From a virus, in IMG/VR virus record IMGVR_UViG_3300045988_135453: a DNA stretch of 64,000 bases; one strand, written 5' to 3'. Made by a program: the position numbers and the translations under genes. A model generated the notes under the pieces. It searched no databases. It had not been told where the DNA came from and worked only from the letters and a program-made list of their open reading frames with translations. Positions 26,133-32,827 of this stretch are shown here, in pieces (within the stretch, counting starts at the first letter, position 1; each line of letters starts with the position of its first letter).

Positions 26133-26345
26133 AATTTATAAGCCGAATTGCTGTTGCCGCCAGATTTAAATTGTTATTTGTTTCTTGTTTACATTTGCAA
26201 AGGTATTATATAAATTTGAGATAGCCAAATTTTACGGTTAAAAAATTATCAAATACATTTACTTTTAACATTTATCTACAATTGTATATAGTTTGTTTGC
26301 ACTTGTTTATATATATATATAATTGTACACCTTATTATATAAATG

Positions 26346-26439
26346 GGGTGGTGTCCTCAGTGTGCTTGTTGGCATATATGCAGCCGACCACCCAAGCGGG
26401 TACACGCAAGGCTCCTCAGTGCGGCGGCGCTCTCGCTTG
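26346..26439 (+). other. GC-rich island with two stem-loops, each carrying TCCTCAGTG (structured RNA or small-protein start)
   Basis: Stem gggtggt (26346..26352) pairs with accaccc (26387..26393). Stem caagcggg (26393..26400) pairs with ctcgcttg (26432..26439). The motif occurs at 26354..26362 and 26413..26421. Confidence 0.35.
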
Positions 26440-26712
26440 TGAATCGAAGTTTCAGGGCAAGTTTGCTGGATGCGATTGCTCTAATTATCAATTATTTAGG
26501 TGTTCCTCTTGGGATGGCTTTTACAGGTTGATTTTTCACTTAAGCCATTGATTATTAACTATTTATAGGGGTAAAATAATAATTCAGATACAATAAAATA
26601 GTTTATACACACCTCTTTTTTACAAAAAAATACAAAAGAAACACTGCAAATAGATAAAACTATACTCTTTTGAACAGAAATAAACGTATATAATAATTGT
26701 TTTTCAGAAAAA

Positions 26713-26744
26713 CTTGCAAAATACAAATATATGTATTAACTTTG
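26713..26744 (+). promoter_or_regulatory. Bacteroidota-type promoter for the 26770 gene
   Basis: TTG at 26714..26716 and TAACTTTG at 26737..26744, with 20-nt spacing. Confidence 0.55.
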
Positions 26745-26769
26745 CAGCCAAAACAATACAAATATAAAC

Positions 26770-27063
26770 ATGAGAACGAAAATCGACATTCGTCGCGCCA
26801 TAAAAGAACGCGGTTACACCATTACGTCTTTCTGTCAGAAGTTCGACCTAAAGACGCAGAACATCATTCAGAATTACATCAAAGGAAACCCTACAATAAA
26901 ACGTTTGGAGGACCTTTGCGAGAAACTGGATTGCGACATCACTGATTTGTTCTATCCAATAGGCGATTCGAGCGATGCACAGCCTACTATTAACACCACC
27001 GCCTTCTGTCCCCATTGTGGTGCAAAGGTTCGTGTCGGTGTGATGCTCCTGCCCGAAGAATAA
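26770..27063 (+). CDS. HTH protein with C-terminal zinc-ribbon-like CPHCG
   Basis: 97 aa. HTH-like IKERGYTITSFCQKFDLKTQNIIQNYIKG. Confidence 0.7.
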   Translation: MRTKIDIRRAIKERGYTITSFCQKFDLKTQNIIQNYIKGNPTIKRLEDLCEKLDCDITDLFYPIGDSSDAQPTINTTAFCPHCGAKVRVGVMLLPEE

Positions 27064-27066
27064 AAA

Positions 27067-27097
27067 TCCCACGGCAAGCCGTGTGCCTACCGTGGGA
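27067..27097. terminator. hairpin between convergent genes
   Basis: tcccacgg (27067..27074) pairs with ccgtggga (27090..27097). Confidence 0.55.
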
Positions 27098-27128
27098 AAT
27101 GTTAAAGCCTTCTCGCGCTTAGCGGCCT

Positions 27129-27314
27129 TTAAGGCTCCATCTCACCTCCAGGCTTCTGACCGCTGCCGCCACCTTCAGTGGTGGAGCCGTCGGGCTTCAC
27201 GCCACCCGTGAGGTCGTTGCCAGCGAGCATGACCTTGAGGTCGTCGGTGACGAGGGAGCGCATGAAGCTGTAGGGGTTGCCGATCTTGTGCTGCGCCTTG
27301 TACGCCTTCATCAC
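27129..27314 (-). CDS. doubtful small ORF, Gly-rich C-terminus
   Basis: 61-aa ORF, isolated, locally GC-rich, with no recognisable start context. Confidence 0.3.
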   Translation of the reverse strand: MMKAYKAQHKIGNPYSFMRSLVTDDLKVMLAGNDLTGGVKPDGSTTEGGGSGQKPGGEMEP

Positions 27315-27369
27315 GGCGAGGTAAGCCTCCGAAACCTACGAAAGTATTAACGTATTAAAATATAAAATT

Positions 27370-27939
27370 ATGAAGAAAATCTTTAGAATGACAATGCTGT
27401 TGGCGATGATGGCGGCGTGTGTAAGCATGGGCAGTTGCAGCAGCGACGATGAGGAACCGGAATATGTGCCGGTAGAGTCGGCTTTTTCGACACTCCTAAA
27501 GAAAAAGCCCGTACATCAGTTGTCTTATCAGAGCAACTACGGCAAAGGCTTTTTCTCTCTTTGGAGCAACCCCTTGTCGGACAAGACTTATTACAAATCC
27601 GACTACTACGTTGTCAGCTTTTCGGTAAATAACGCTCCTTCAAACGGCATGTATAACGGCCGTTACGAGGTGTCACAGGTAGACGGAAGCGTGTGGGGAT
27701 GGGAAAAGCAATGGGATCCCGAATACAAAAAGCACGAACTAAGTACATGGGAAAACAAACAGCCTGTTAAAGGCGCATGGGTGGAAATAAAAACTCTTGA
27801 CAAAGGCGACGAATACGGCAAGAAGATGTTCAAGATAACGCTACATGTGGATGAAATGACGGAAAAAAACGGCGATTATGCCCGTAATATCAACATCTCA
27901 TTCACAGGACGCGATGTAGGCCCTATGCTGATAAATTAA
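27370..27939 (+). CDS. lipoprotein (moron-like)
   Basis: Signal peptide plus lipobox MKKIFRMTMLLAMMAACVSMGSCSSDDEE. Confidence 0.8.
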   Translation: MKKIFRMTMLLAMMAACVSMGSCSSDDEEPEYVPVESAFSTLLKKKPVHQLSYQSNYGKGFFSLWSNPLSDKTYYKSDYYVVSFSVNNAPSNGMYNGRYEVSQVDGSVWGWEKQWDPEYKKHELSTWENKQPVKGAWVEIKTLDKGDEYGKKMFKITLHVDEMTEKNGDYARNINISFTGRDVGPMLIN

Positions 27940-28052
27940 AACATTCATAATAATCCGTCAAATTCGATGTAAAAATTATTTACTCAACTGATAGGTTTTT
28001 AACATCGGATTTGACGACCTGGCGGATTTTCCTTTAACTGAGTTTTTGCTTT

Positions 28053-28088
28053 AAACTACGAACGATGCGGAAGACACGGAAAAAACGA
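28053..28088. repeat. single arm of the AACTACGAA...CACGGAAAA element
   Basis: aaactacgaacgatgcggaagacacggaaaaaacga resembles the left arm of the 62015..62099 palindrome. Confidence 0.45.
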
Positions 28089-28112
28089 GAATGAGATCAA
28101 AACATTAAAGAT

Positions 28113-28316
28113 ATGATTACAGAATTTGAAAAAGGACAATGGTCGGTCATTCAAACTGTTATTGTCTTCATGGAGGATGACCATACCGCCATGGAACTTT
28201 GTAGGGAAGCCGGGTTTGGCAAGAAGAAGATTCTTGAGCTGGAAACGGATTCAGGTTCATTCATGGAAGAAACCAGGCTTTTTCTGAAAAAGGAAGGACA
28301 TTTATTGGAAGACTGA
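28113..28316 (+). CDS. hypothetical small protein
   Basis: 67-aa ORF from the ORF track. Confidence 0.5.
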   Translation: MITEFEKGQWSVIQTVIVFMEDDHTAMELCREAGFGKKKILELETDSGSFMEETRLFLKKEGHLLED

Positions 28317-28378
28317 AACGTTGTTTTACAGAACAATAGCCCGTGGCAGGATGTAAAACGCCGTTGAGAGGGAAAATA

Positions 28379-28410
28379 TTTGCAGCAACAACAAAATTTT
28401 CGTATCTTTG
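28379..28410 (+). promoter_or_regulatory. Bacteroidota-type promoter
   Basis: TTTG at 28379..28382 and TATCTTTG at 28403..28410, with 20-nt spacing. Confidence 0.55.
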
Positions 28411-28416
28411 CAAACG

Positions 28417-28495
28417 AAACATGGTCAACCATGATCATAATCCAAAGTAAAGTATTAAAATGTTGCCCGTCACCTGTGAAGGTGGCGGGTTTTTT
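28417..28495 (+). ncRNA. candidate ~75-nt small RNA
   Basis: Promoter plus an intrinsic terminator (cccgtcacc-tgtgaa-ggtggcggg then TTTTTT, 28466..28495). The only ORF inside has 9 codons. Internal hairpin catgg-tcaa-ccatg. Confidence 0.45.
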
Positions 28496-28503
28496 GTTTA
28501 CCG

Positions 28504-28932
28504 TCAACACTCCATCCACCGTTTTGCCTCCCATTCGCGCCGCGTCACAAGTCCGCTCAGCACCCTGCCGCCAGCATAGACCCATTTTCTCAGCTCTTTA
28601 CACACCCTCTCGTCAGGAGCACCGCTTTGAATGAGCTTCAGCAGCGTACTTGACCGCAGGTTGCCGAGGCCGAGGTTAAAGGCGAAGTCGACGATCGCAT
28701 CAAACTTGCCCTGTGTGTTGACGTTATGGATGGCGTTGACAAAGTTTTCAACGGGCTGCAAATCATCTCGCAGCCATGCTTCTGCTCTTTCTTCCGTACA
28801 TGTGGTCAGACGTGTCACGCCGCGTGTGTGGCCGTAGCCACAAGTGTAGCGCCCTGCCGGGCAGCGGTAGGCTTTGGCCCTGTAGCCCTCTGCCTGCTTG
28901 ATATGGTTTATAAGTTTCTCGCTTGCTTTCAT
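28504..28932 (-). CDS. phage lysozyme (GH24/T4-lysozyme-like endolysin)
   Basis: N-terminal IKQAEGYRAKAYRCPAGRYTCGYGHT matches the E-x8-D/C-x5-T catalytic-region pattern of GH24 lysozymes. Confidence 0.8.
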   Translation of the reverse strand: MKASEKLINHIKQAEGYRAKAYRCPAGRYTCGYGHTRGVTRLTTCTEERAEAWLRDDLQPVENFVNAIHNVNTQGKFDAIVDFAFNLGLGNLRSSTLLKLIQSGAPDERVCKELRKWVYAGGRVLSGLVTRREWEAKRWMEC

Positions 28933-29030
28933 ATTGTCCTGAAAAATTATGTTTAAAGATATTTATTAAAGATTATAAGCCCATAAGCCTTGCGCAACTT
29001 ATGGGGTGTATGAGAGGCAAAAAACTCGGG

Positions 29031-29573
29031 TTATCCTATTATCCTCACCGCCCAATAGGTGAAGAACACATCGGCCATTCCTGCCACCTCAAGCCAATAA
29101 AACGCCTTCACATCCTGTCCGTCGTCCTTCCGTCCTGCATAAGCCATTCCTGCAAGATACGCGAGGGCTATAACGAGCGTAACAGGGTAACATGCCGTAA
29201 TGCACCAAAATATGCATCCTGCCGTGGCTACCAAAGCACCAAATCTGTGTACCTCATGTTGATCCTCGCTAAGATAGCGGGGTGCCAGCCCCACCGTTAT
29301 CATGCCGCAACAGCCCAAGAAGGCCATCGGCAGCACGCCCTTCTCCGTGTCGAGCATGCACACCATCATCAGGAAGGCCGAGACCACCATCACAACCGAG
29401 AATATCCATCCTCTCTTGTGCTCCGTCGTTCCGCCCAGCACCGTGCTGTCAGTCGTGTGCTGAAGCTGATAATACACACCGCTCACCATGTCGGGCACGC
29501 CGAAGCGCAGCGCCGTGAGCAACAGGAAACCTCCCAACAGCAGGAAGGCCCAAATACTTAATACTATCATCAT
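29031..29573 (-). CDS. multi-pass membrane protein (lysis-cassette neighbour)
   Basis: 180 aa with 5 to 6 hydrophobic segments. Confidence 0.65.
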   Translation of the reverse strand: MMIVLSIWAFLLLGGFLLLTALRFGVPDMVSGVYYQLQHTTDSTVLGGTTEHKRGWIFSVVMVVSAFLMMVCMLDTEKGVLPMAFLGCCGMITVGLAPRYLSEDQHEVHRFGALVATAGCIFWCITACYPVTLVIALAYLAGMAYAGRKDDGQDVKAFYWLEVAGMADVFFTYWAVRIIG

Positions 29574-29606
29574 ATATCTCTTTTTTTTAATTTTTCTTTA
29601 TATTGT

Positions 29607-29751
29607 GAAGTTATTGGAAGTTAAGGGGAAGTTAATTCGCTTCACGAATGAAGTGAACAGACAATAGTTTTAAAGCTCAAGCGAAAAAGCATTTGTCCGT
29701 TACCTTCTCGCGCGAAGCGCGTTACCTTCTCACTAACTCCCGTTACCTCCC
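29607..29751. promoter_or_regulatory. two helically phased repeat sets (GAAGTTA x3-4; CGTTACCTTCTC x3)
   Basis: GAAGTTA at 29607, 29617 and 29628, plus GAAGTGA at 29650. CGTTACCT(T/C)C at 29698, 29720 and 29741. The two sets are mutually inverted (GAAGKTAA). Confidence 0.5.
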
Positions 29752-29841
29752 TTTCTCCAAATTTACAAAATTTTCTTCACACGGCAAAGCCCTGTCGGGT
29801 GCAAATTGCCATCCCGACAAGGCCATGCCGTCCGTTTCCTC

Positions 29842-30072
29842 TCACAGCAGACCGAAAGCCCAATACCTCAGCCCCATGCCCACGCCCACTGCCAGACAGC
29901 CGCGCACAAGGTCGCCCCTGTTCCACGTCCCGCCATAGTAATGGCATCTGTCGTTGTCCTCCTTCACGATAAGGGCCAGCAGACCGAAGCCGCCGCCAAA
30001 CGCGAAAGCGATGGTCATATACACCAACATACCTAAAAGGTTTCTCTTTGTCGTTTTCTTCATGTCCGTCAA
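29842..30072 (-). CDS. holin-like small membrane protein
   Basis: 76 aa with two hydrophobic helices and a charged N-terminus MTDMKKTTKRN. Preferred over the overlapping 29777..30133 frame. Confidence 0.45.
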   Translation of the reverse strand: MTDMKKTTKRNLLGMLVYMTIAFAFGGGFGLLALIVKEDNDRCHYYGGTWNRGDLVRGCLAVGVGMGLRYWAFGLL

Positions 30073-30199
30073 TTTTTAAAGCAGTTAACACAATTTTAAA
30101 AGATGTTGTTACGAATTTTAGGTCTGTTAACACAATCCTTAGACCTGTTGAAATAATCCTTTAAATCGTCAAGCCGATTTTCAGACCATCAAACCGTGC

Positions 30200-30760
30200 C
30201 TAAACCGTCATCGTCAGCTTCGCAGGGTAGTCCTTAGTGTAGTCGTAGGTCAGCACCTCCTCAACGCTCGTCAGCTCGCCCACAGCCTTCTTGTGAGCCG
30301 CCGTAACGTTAAAGCACTCCAGGGCATACATCTCAAGTGCCGAGAGCAGCTGAATGGCCATGTCACAGCCCACCTCCAGCTTTGTGTTCCCGAGCCACAG
30401 CGTCGTCGTAGCCTGTCCCATAGCCTTCGCGATGGTCGTTGAGTTCATCAGCCCCACGCGCGTGGCCTTGTCGAGCCACACCACCGCGCCGTTGAGCATA
30501 AAGCCGTTCACGGCAGACGAGGTGTCATAGCCCGCGATCTGCTTCAGGACCTCCTCACGCGCCGCAGCCACCGGGTCATGCTGCTTCGTCAGGTCAAGCC
30601 ATGTCGCGTCATAGACATAGACTGTAACCTCCGTCTTCTCACCGTCGGGAGACTCCTGCTCCCGTTTTTCCTCACTCTCGCCCAGCAGCACCAACGCCTG
30701 TCTGCCGCCCTTGCAAATGGTCAGCGTTTGCTGACGCTCCATAAATTCTAATCTCATCAT
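30200..30760 (-). CDS. hypothetical protein downstream of the DGR RT
   Basis: 186-aa ORF. Not Avd-like (too long and acidic). Confidence 0.65.
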   Translation of the reverse strand: MMRLEFMERQQTLTICKGGRQALVLLGESEEKREQESPDGEKTEVTVYVYDATWLDLTKQHDPVAAAREEVLKQIAGYDTSSAVNGFMLNGAVVWLDKATRVGLMNSTTIAKAMGQATTTLWLGNTKLEVGCDMAIQLLSALEMYALECFNVTAAHKKAVGELTSVEEVLTYDYTKDYPAKLTMTV

Positions 30761-30786
30761 GCAAAAAATAATAAATAATAAATTAT

Positions 30787-32160
30787 CTAAATTCCCAGCT
30801 CAGCACATATCAGGTCACACGCCTCCTGCTTCGTGGTGTGATATTCGTCGAAGAACACCTTTGTGCTGTCATGTTTCACATGCAGCCGCTGGTGAAGCTC
30901 TGCCGTGCCGTTGACAACGAGACGGAAAAATTCAACTATCTCCTCGCTGCCCTCCGTCGAGTGACACAGCCGCTTCTGGCCATTCAACAGATGAATGTAT
31001 GTCAACCTTACCATGTAGCCCTCCTTACCCTCCTTGGCTTTCGCCTCCGACGGCTCGATGTTAAACTCCACAGGCACCACCACGCTGCCGTCTGCCAGGT
31101 CACGCAGCTTCACCTTGTCGCCTCTCTGTGTCGTCACGGTCATGCCGTGCTTGTTTACAAGTTTCATAAAGTTGTTCTCTATCATGTGTCTCAACCTCAC
31201 ACTGTCCGTCTTTAGCAGCATGCCACGGTAGCCTGCATAGTGTTTCCAGCCCGCCGACCTACCTCTTATGGCGCGTCGCCGCATCTCTGCACGCACATGC
31301 ACAAAGCTCTGCTTGTAGTCATACTTGCAGAAACGGAAGCCGTCGCCCACGCGACGCATCTGGTAATCGCCCTTCACTTTCAGCGAGAAGCGCCCCGCAT
31401 AGAAAGACATGAGAAAGCTCATCGCCTCTCTCACCTCCTTCTTCTCGCCACACATCAGTCTGTTGTCGCCAAAGCCAAACAGATCGACCTTGTAGCGGCG
31501 CAACACCTCGCGGTCGGCGATGACAAGCACAAACATGGCAAGCAGCTGACTGAGGCATCCCCCGATGGGCAGATATTCCATGTGTATGAACAGCCGCGCA
31601 AGCAGCCAGCGCGTGTATGGACACACCACCACCTTGAACAGCTCACCCAGCACGATGCGCGTCTGCAACGTCTCGTAGAAATGGCGAATGTCGGTCTGAC
31701 CCACCCACATGTCGGGATGACCTTTCACCCAGTGGCGTATCTTGTTCACCATGCAGTACCGTCGGTCGTTGCTCAGCAGCGAACGGCCCTTGATGCCCGA
31801 GTAGATGTTGCGGACCATCATGCCACGAAGCTTCTTCTCTATCATGATGAGCACCAGCGTCTGGACAATGCGGTCATACATCGCCGATACGTCGGCGTTC
31901 CTGTCCTTGTCGCCCTTGCCCTTCTTGTGTATGACCTTGCGCTTCGGCGGCTTCGGCGTGTAGGTCATGTCGCGCAGCTCGCGCTCAATCCTGTCACACA
32001 CCTTCTGTTTCTGTGCCGTCCACGCTTCAATCACGCTGTCGGGCGCATCCGTCCGGTCCATCGTGCGGTCAAACGCCTTCTCAATAATTGTTCTGTTCGC
32101 AAAGAAACGTCTGAGGCTTTTCAGTTTCCTCTTCTTGTTGGCTGACTTCAACTCTATCAT
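30787..32160 (-). CDS. DGR-type reverse transcriptase (conservative start; the ORF is open up to 32622)
   Basis: RT motifs TDIRHFYETL, LPIGGCLSQLLAMFVL (the I/LGxxxSQ hallmark of DGR RTs) and FGFGDNRLM at the YxDD position. The TR lies immediately upstream. Confidence 0.8.
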   Translation of the reverse strand: MIELKSANKKRKLKSLRRFFANRTIIEKAFDRTMDRTDAPDSVIEAWTAQKQKVCDRIERELRDMTYTPKPPKRKVIHKKGKGDKDRNADVSAMYDRIVQTLVLIMIEKKLRGMMVRNIYSGIKGRSLLSNDRRYCMVNKIRHWVKGHPDMWVGQTDIRHFYETLQTRIVLGELFKVVVCPYTRWLLARLFIHMEYLPIGGCLSQLLAMFVLVIADREVLRRYKVDLFGFGDNRLMCGEKKEVREAMSFLMSFYAGRFSLKVKGDYQMRRVGDGFRFCKYDYKQSFVHVRAEMRRRAIRGRSAGWKHYAGYRGMLLKTDSVRLRHMIENNFMKLVNKHGMTVTTQRGDKVKLRDLADGSVVVPVEFNIEPSEAKAKEGKEGYMVRLTYIHLLNGQKRLCHSTEGSEEIVEFFRLVVNGTAELHQRLHVKHDSTKVFFDEYHTTKQEACDLICAELGI

Positions 32161-32334
32161 AACGTCAGCGTCCTCAACGGTAGCCGACACGTTGCTTTCC
32201 GCGCTCCCGCAGCTGTCCCAGAAGGGCAGCTCCGAGCCGTAGTCGCATCGTCCATGCCCACCAGTGGCGACATGGCCATCTTTAGTCTTTGAGCTTGCTG
32301 CTCCCGATGTGAGAGGTCTCCCTTTTTCCGTGTT

Positions 32335-32447
32335 GACAGCGAACGCCCCAGCGTAGTTGTTGTTGCCATTGCCAGCGTGATTGTTACAGTTCGCAGTACG
32401 AGCCGAGACCTGGCCATTGTTCGCATTGCAACCAACCACAGAGCCGT
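32335..32447 (-). repeat. DGR template repeat (TR)
   Basis: 113 nt matching the VR at 101 of 113 positions. AAY-rich on the minus strand (NANNGQVSARTANCNNHAGNGNNNY). Confidence 0.85.
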
Positions 32448-32684
32448 TCTTCTCACCTTCGGTCTTGCATGTGTCGTCCGCGTGTGCGTTGTCGTGACTG
32501 GGATAGGTCGCGCACACACCTCTCGCCACATGCTCACACACCATGCCGACGTACCCGCGGCCCTTGCCGCGAGGCGCAGAGGCTGTCGCCTCCCCATGCA
32601 CGTTGTGGTTTTGTTTCTTCATGTTAAAACTCTTTTTTGATGTCGTCCTTCCGCGTCTTCAGCTTGAAAATCGGGGCGGGGGGG

Positions 32685-32716
32685 GGAGCGGCTACACTAA
32701 GACGTTTCGCCGCTCC
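32685..32716 (-). other. 8-bp GC hairpin next to a 9-nt homopolymer, between VR and TR
   Basis: ggagcggc (32685..32692) pairs with gccgctcc (32709..32716). A G9 run at 32678..32686 overlaps the stem by 2 nt (C9 on the coding strand). Confidence 0.5.
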
Positions 32717-32827
32717 GCTGGGCTTAAAGTCATGGCCTTCTTGCTTGGGCTCTCGCCGCAGCTTGCTAAGACGCAACTTGCGATTGAGACTTTTGTTAAT
32801 TATTATTGATTATTACTCTCGATTAAA

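Noticed and set aside
27129-27314. GC-rich 61-aa ORF considered as a remnant of a larger gene or an inserted fragment
   Set aside because: I could not find a matching paralogue or flanking repeats in the window. It is left as a low-confidence CDS.
29777-30133. 118-aa ORF overlapping the 76-aa holin-like ORF in another frame
   Set aside because: The 76-aa frame gives two clean hydrophobic helices and a charged N-terminus. The 118-aa frame is Arg/Gly-rich with no features.
31240-32145. 301-aa plus-strand ORF opposite the reverse transcriptase
   Set aside because: The minus-strand frame carries clear RT motifs. The plus-strand frame is a GC-rich shadow ORF (His/Arg/Leu-rich) with no motifs.
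32157-32597. 146-aa minus-strand ORF overlapping the TR, considered as a possible Avd accessory gene
   Set aside because: It lies out of frame across the TR and the RT 5' region. Its Arg/Ala/Thr-rich composition is typical of an alternative frame of GC-rich DNA. It has no helical-bundle-like heptad pattern.
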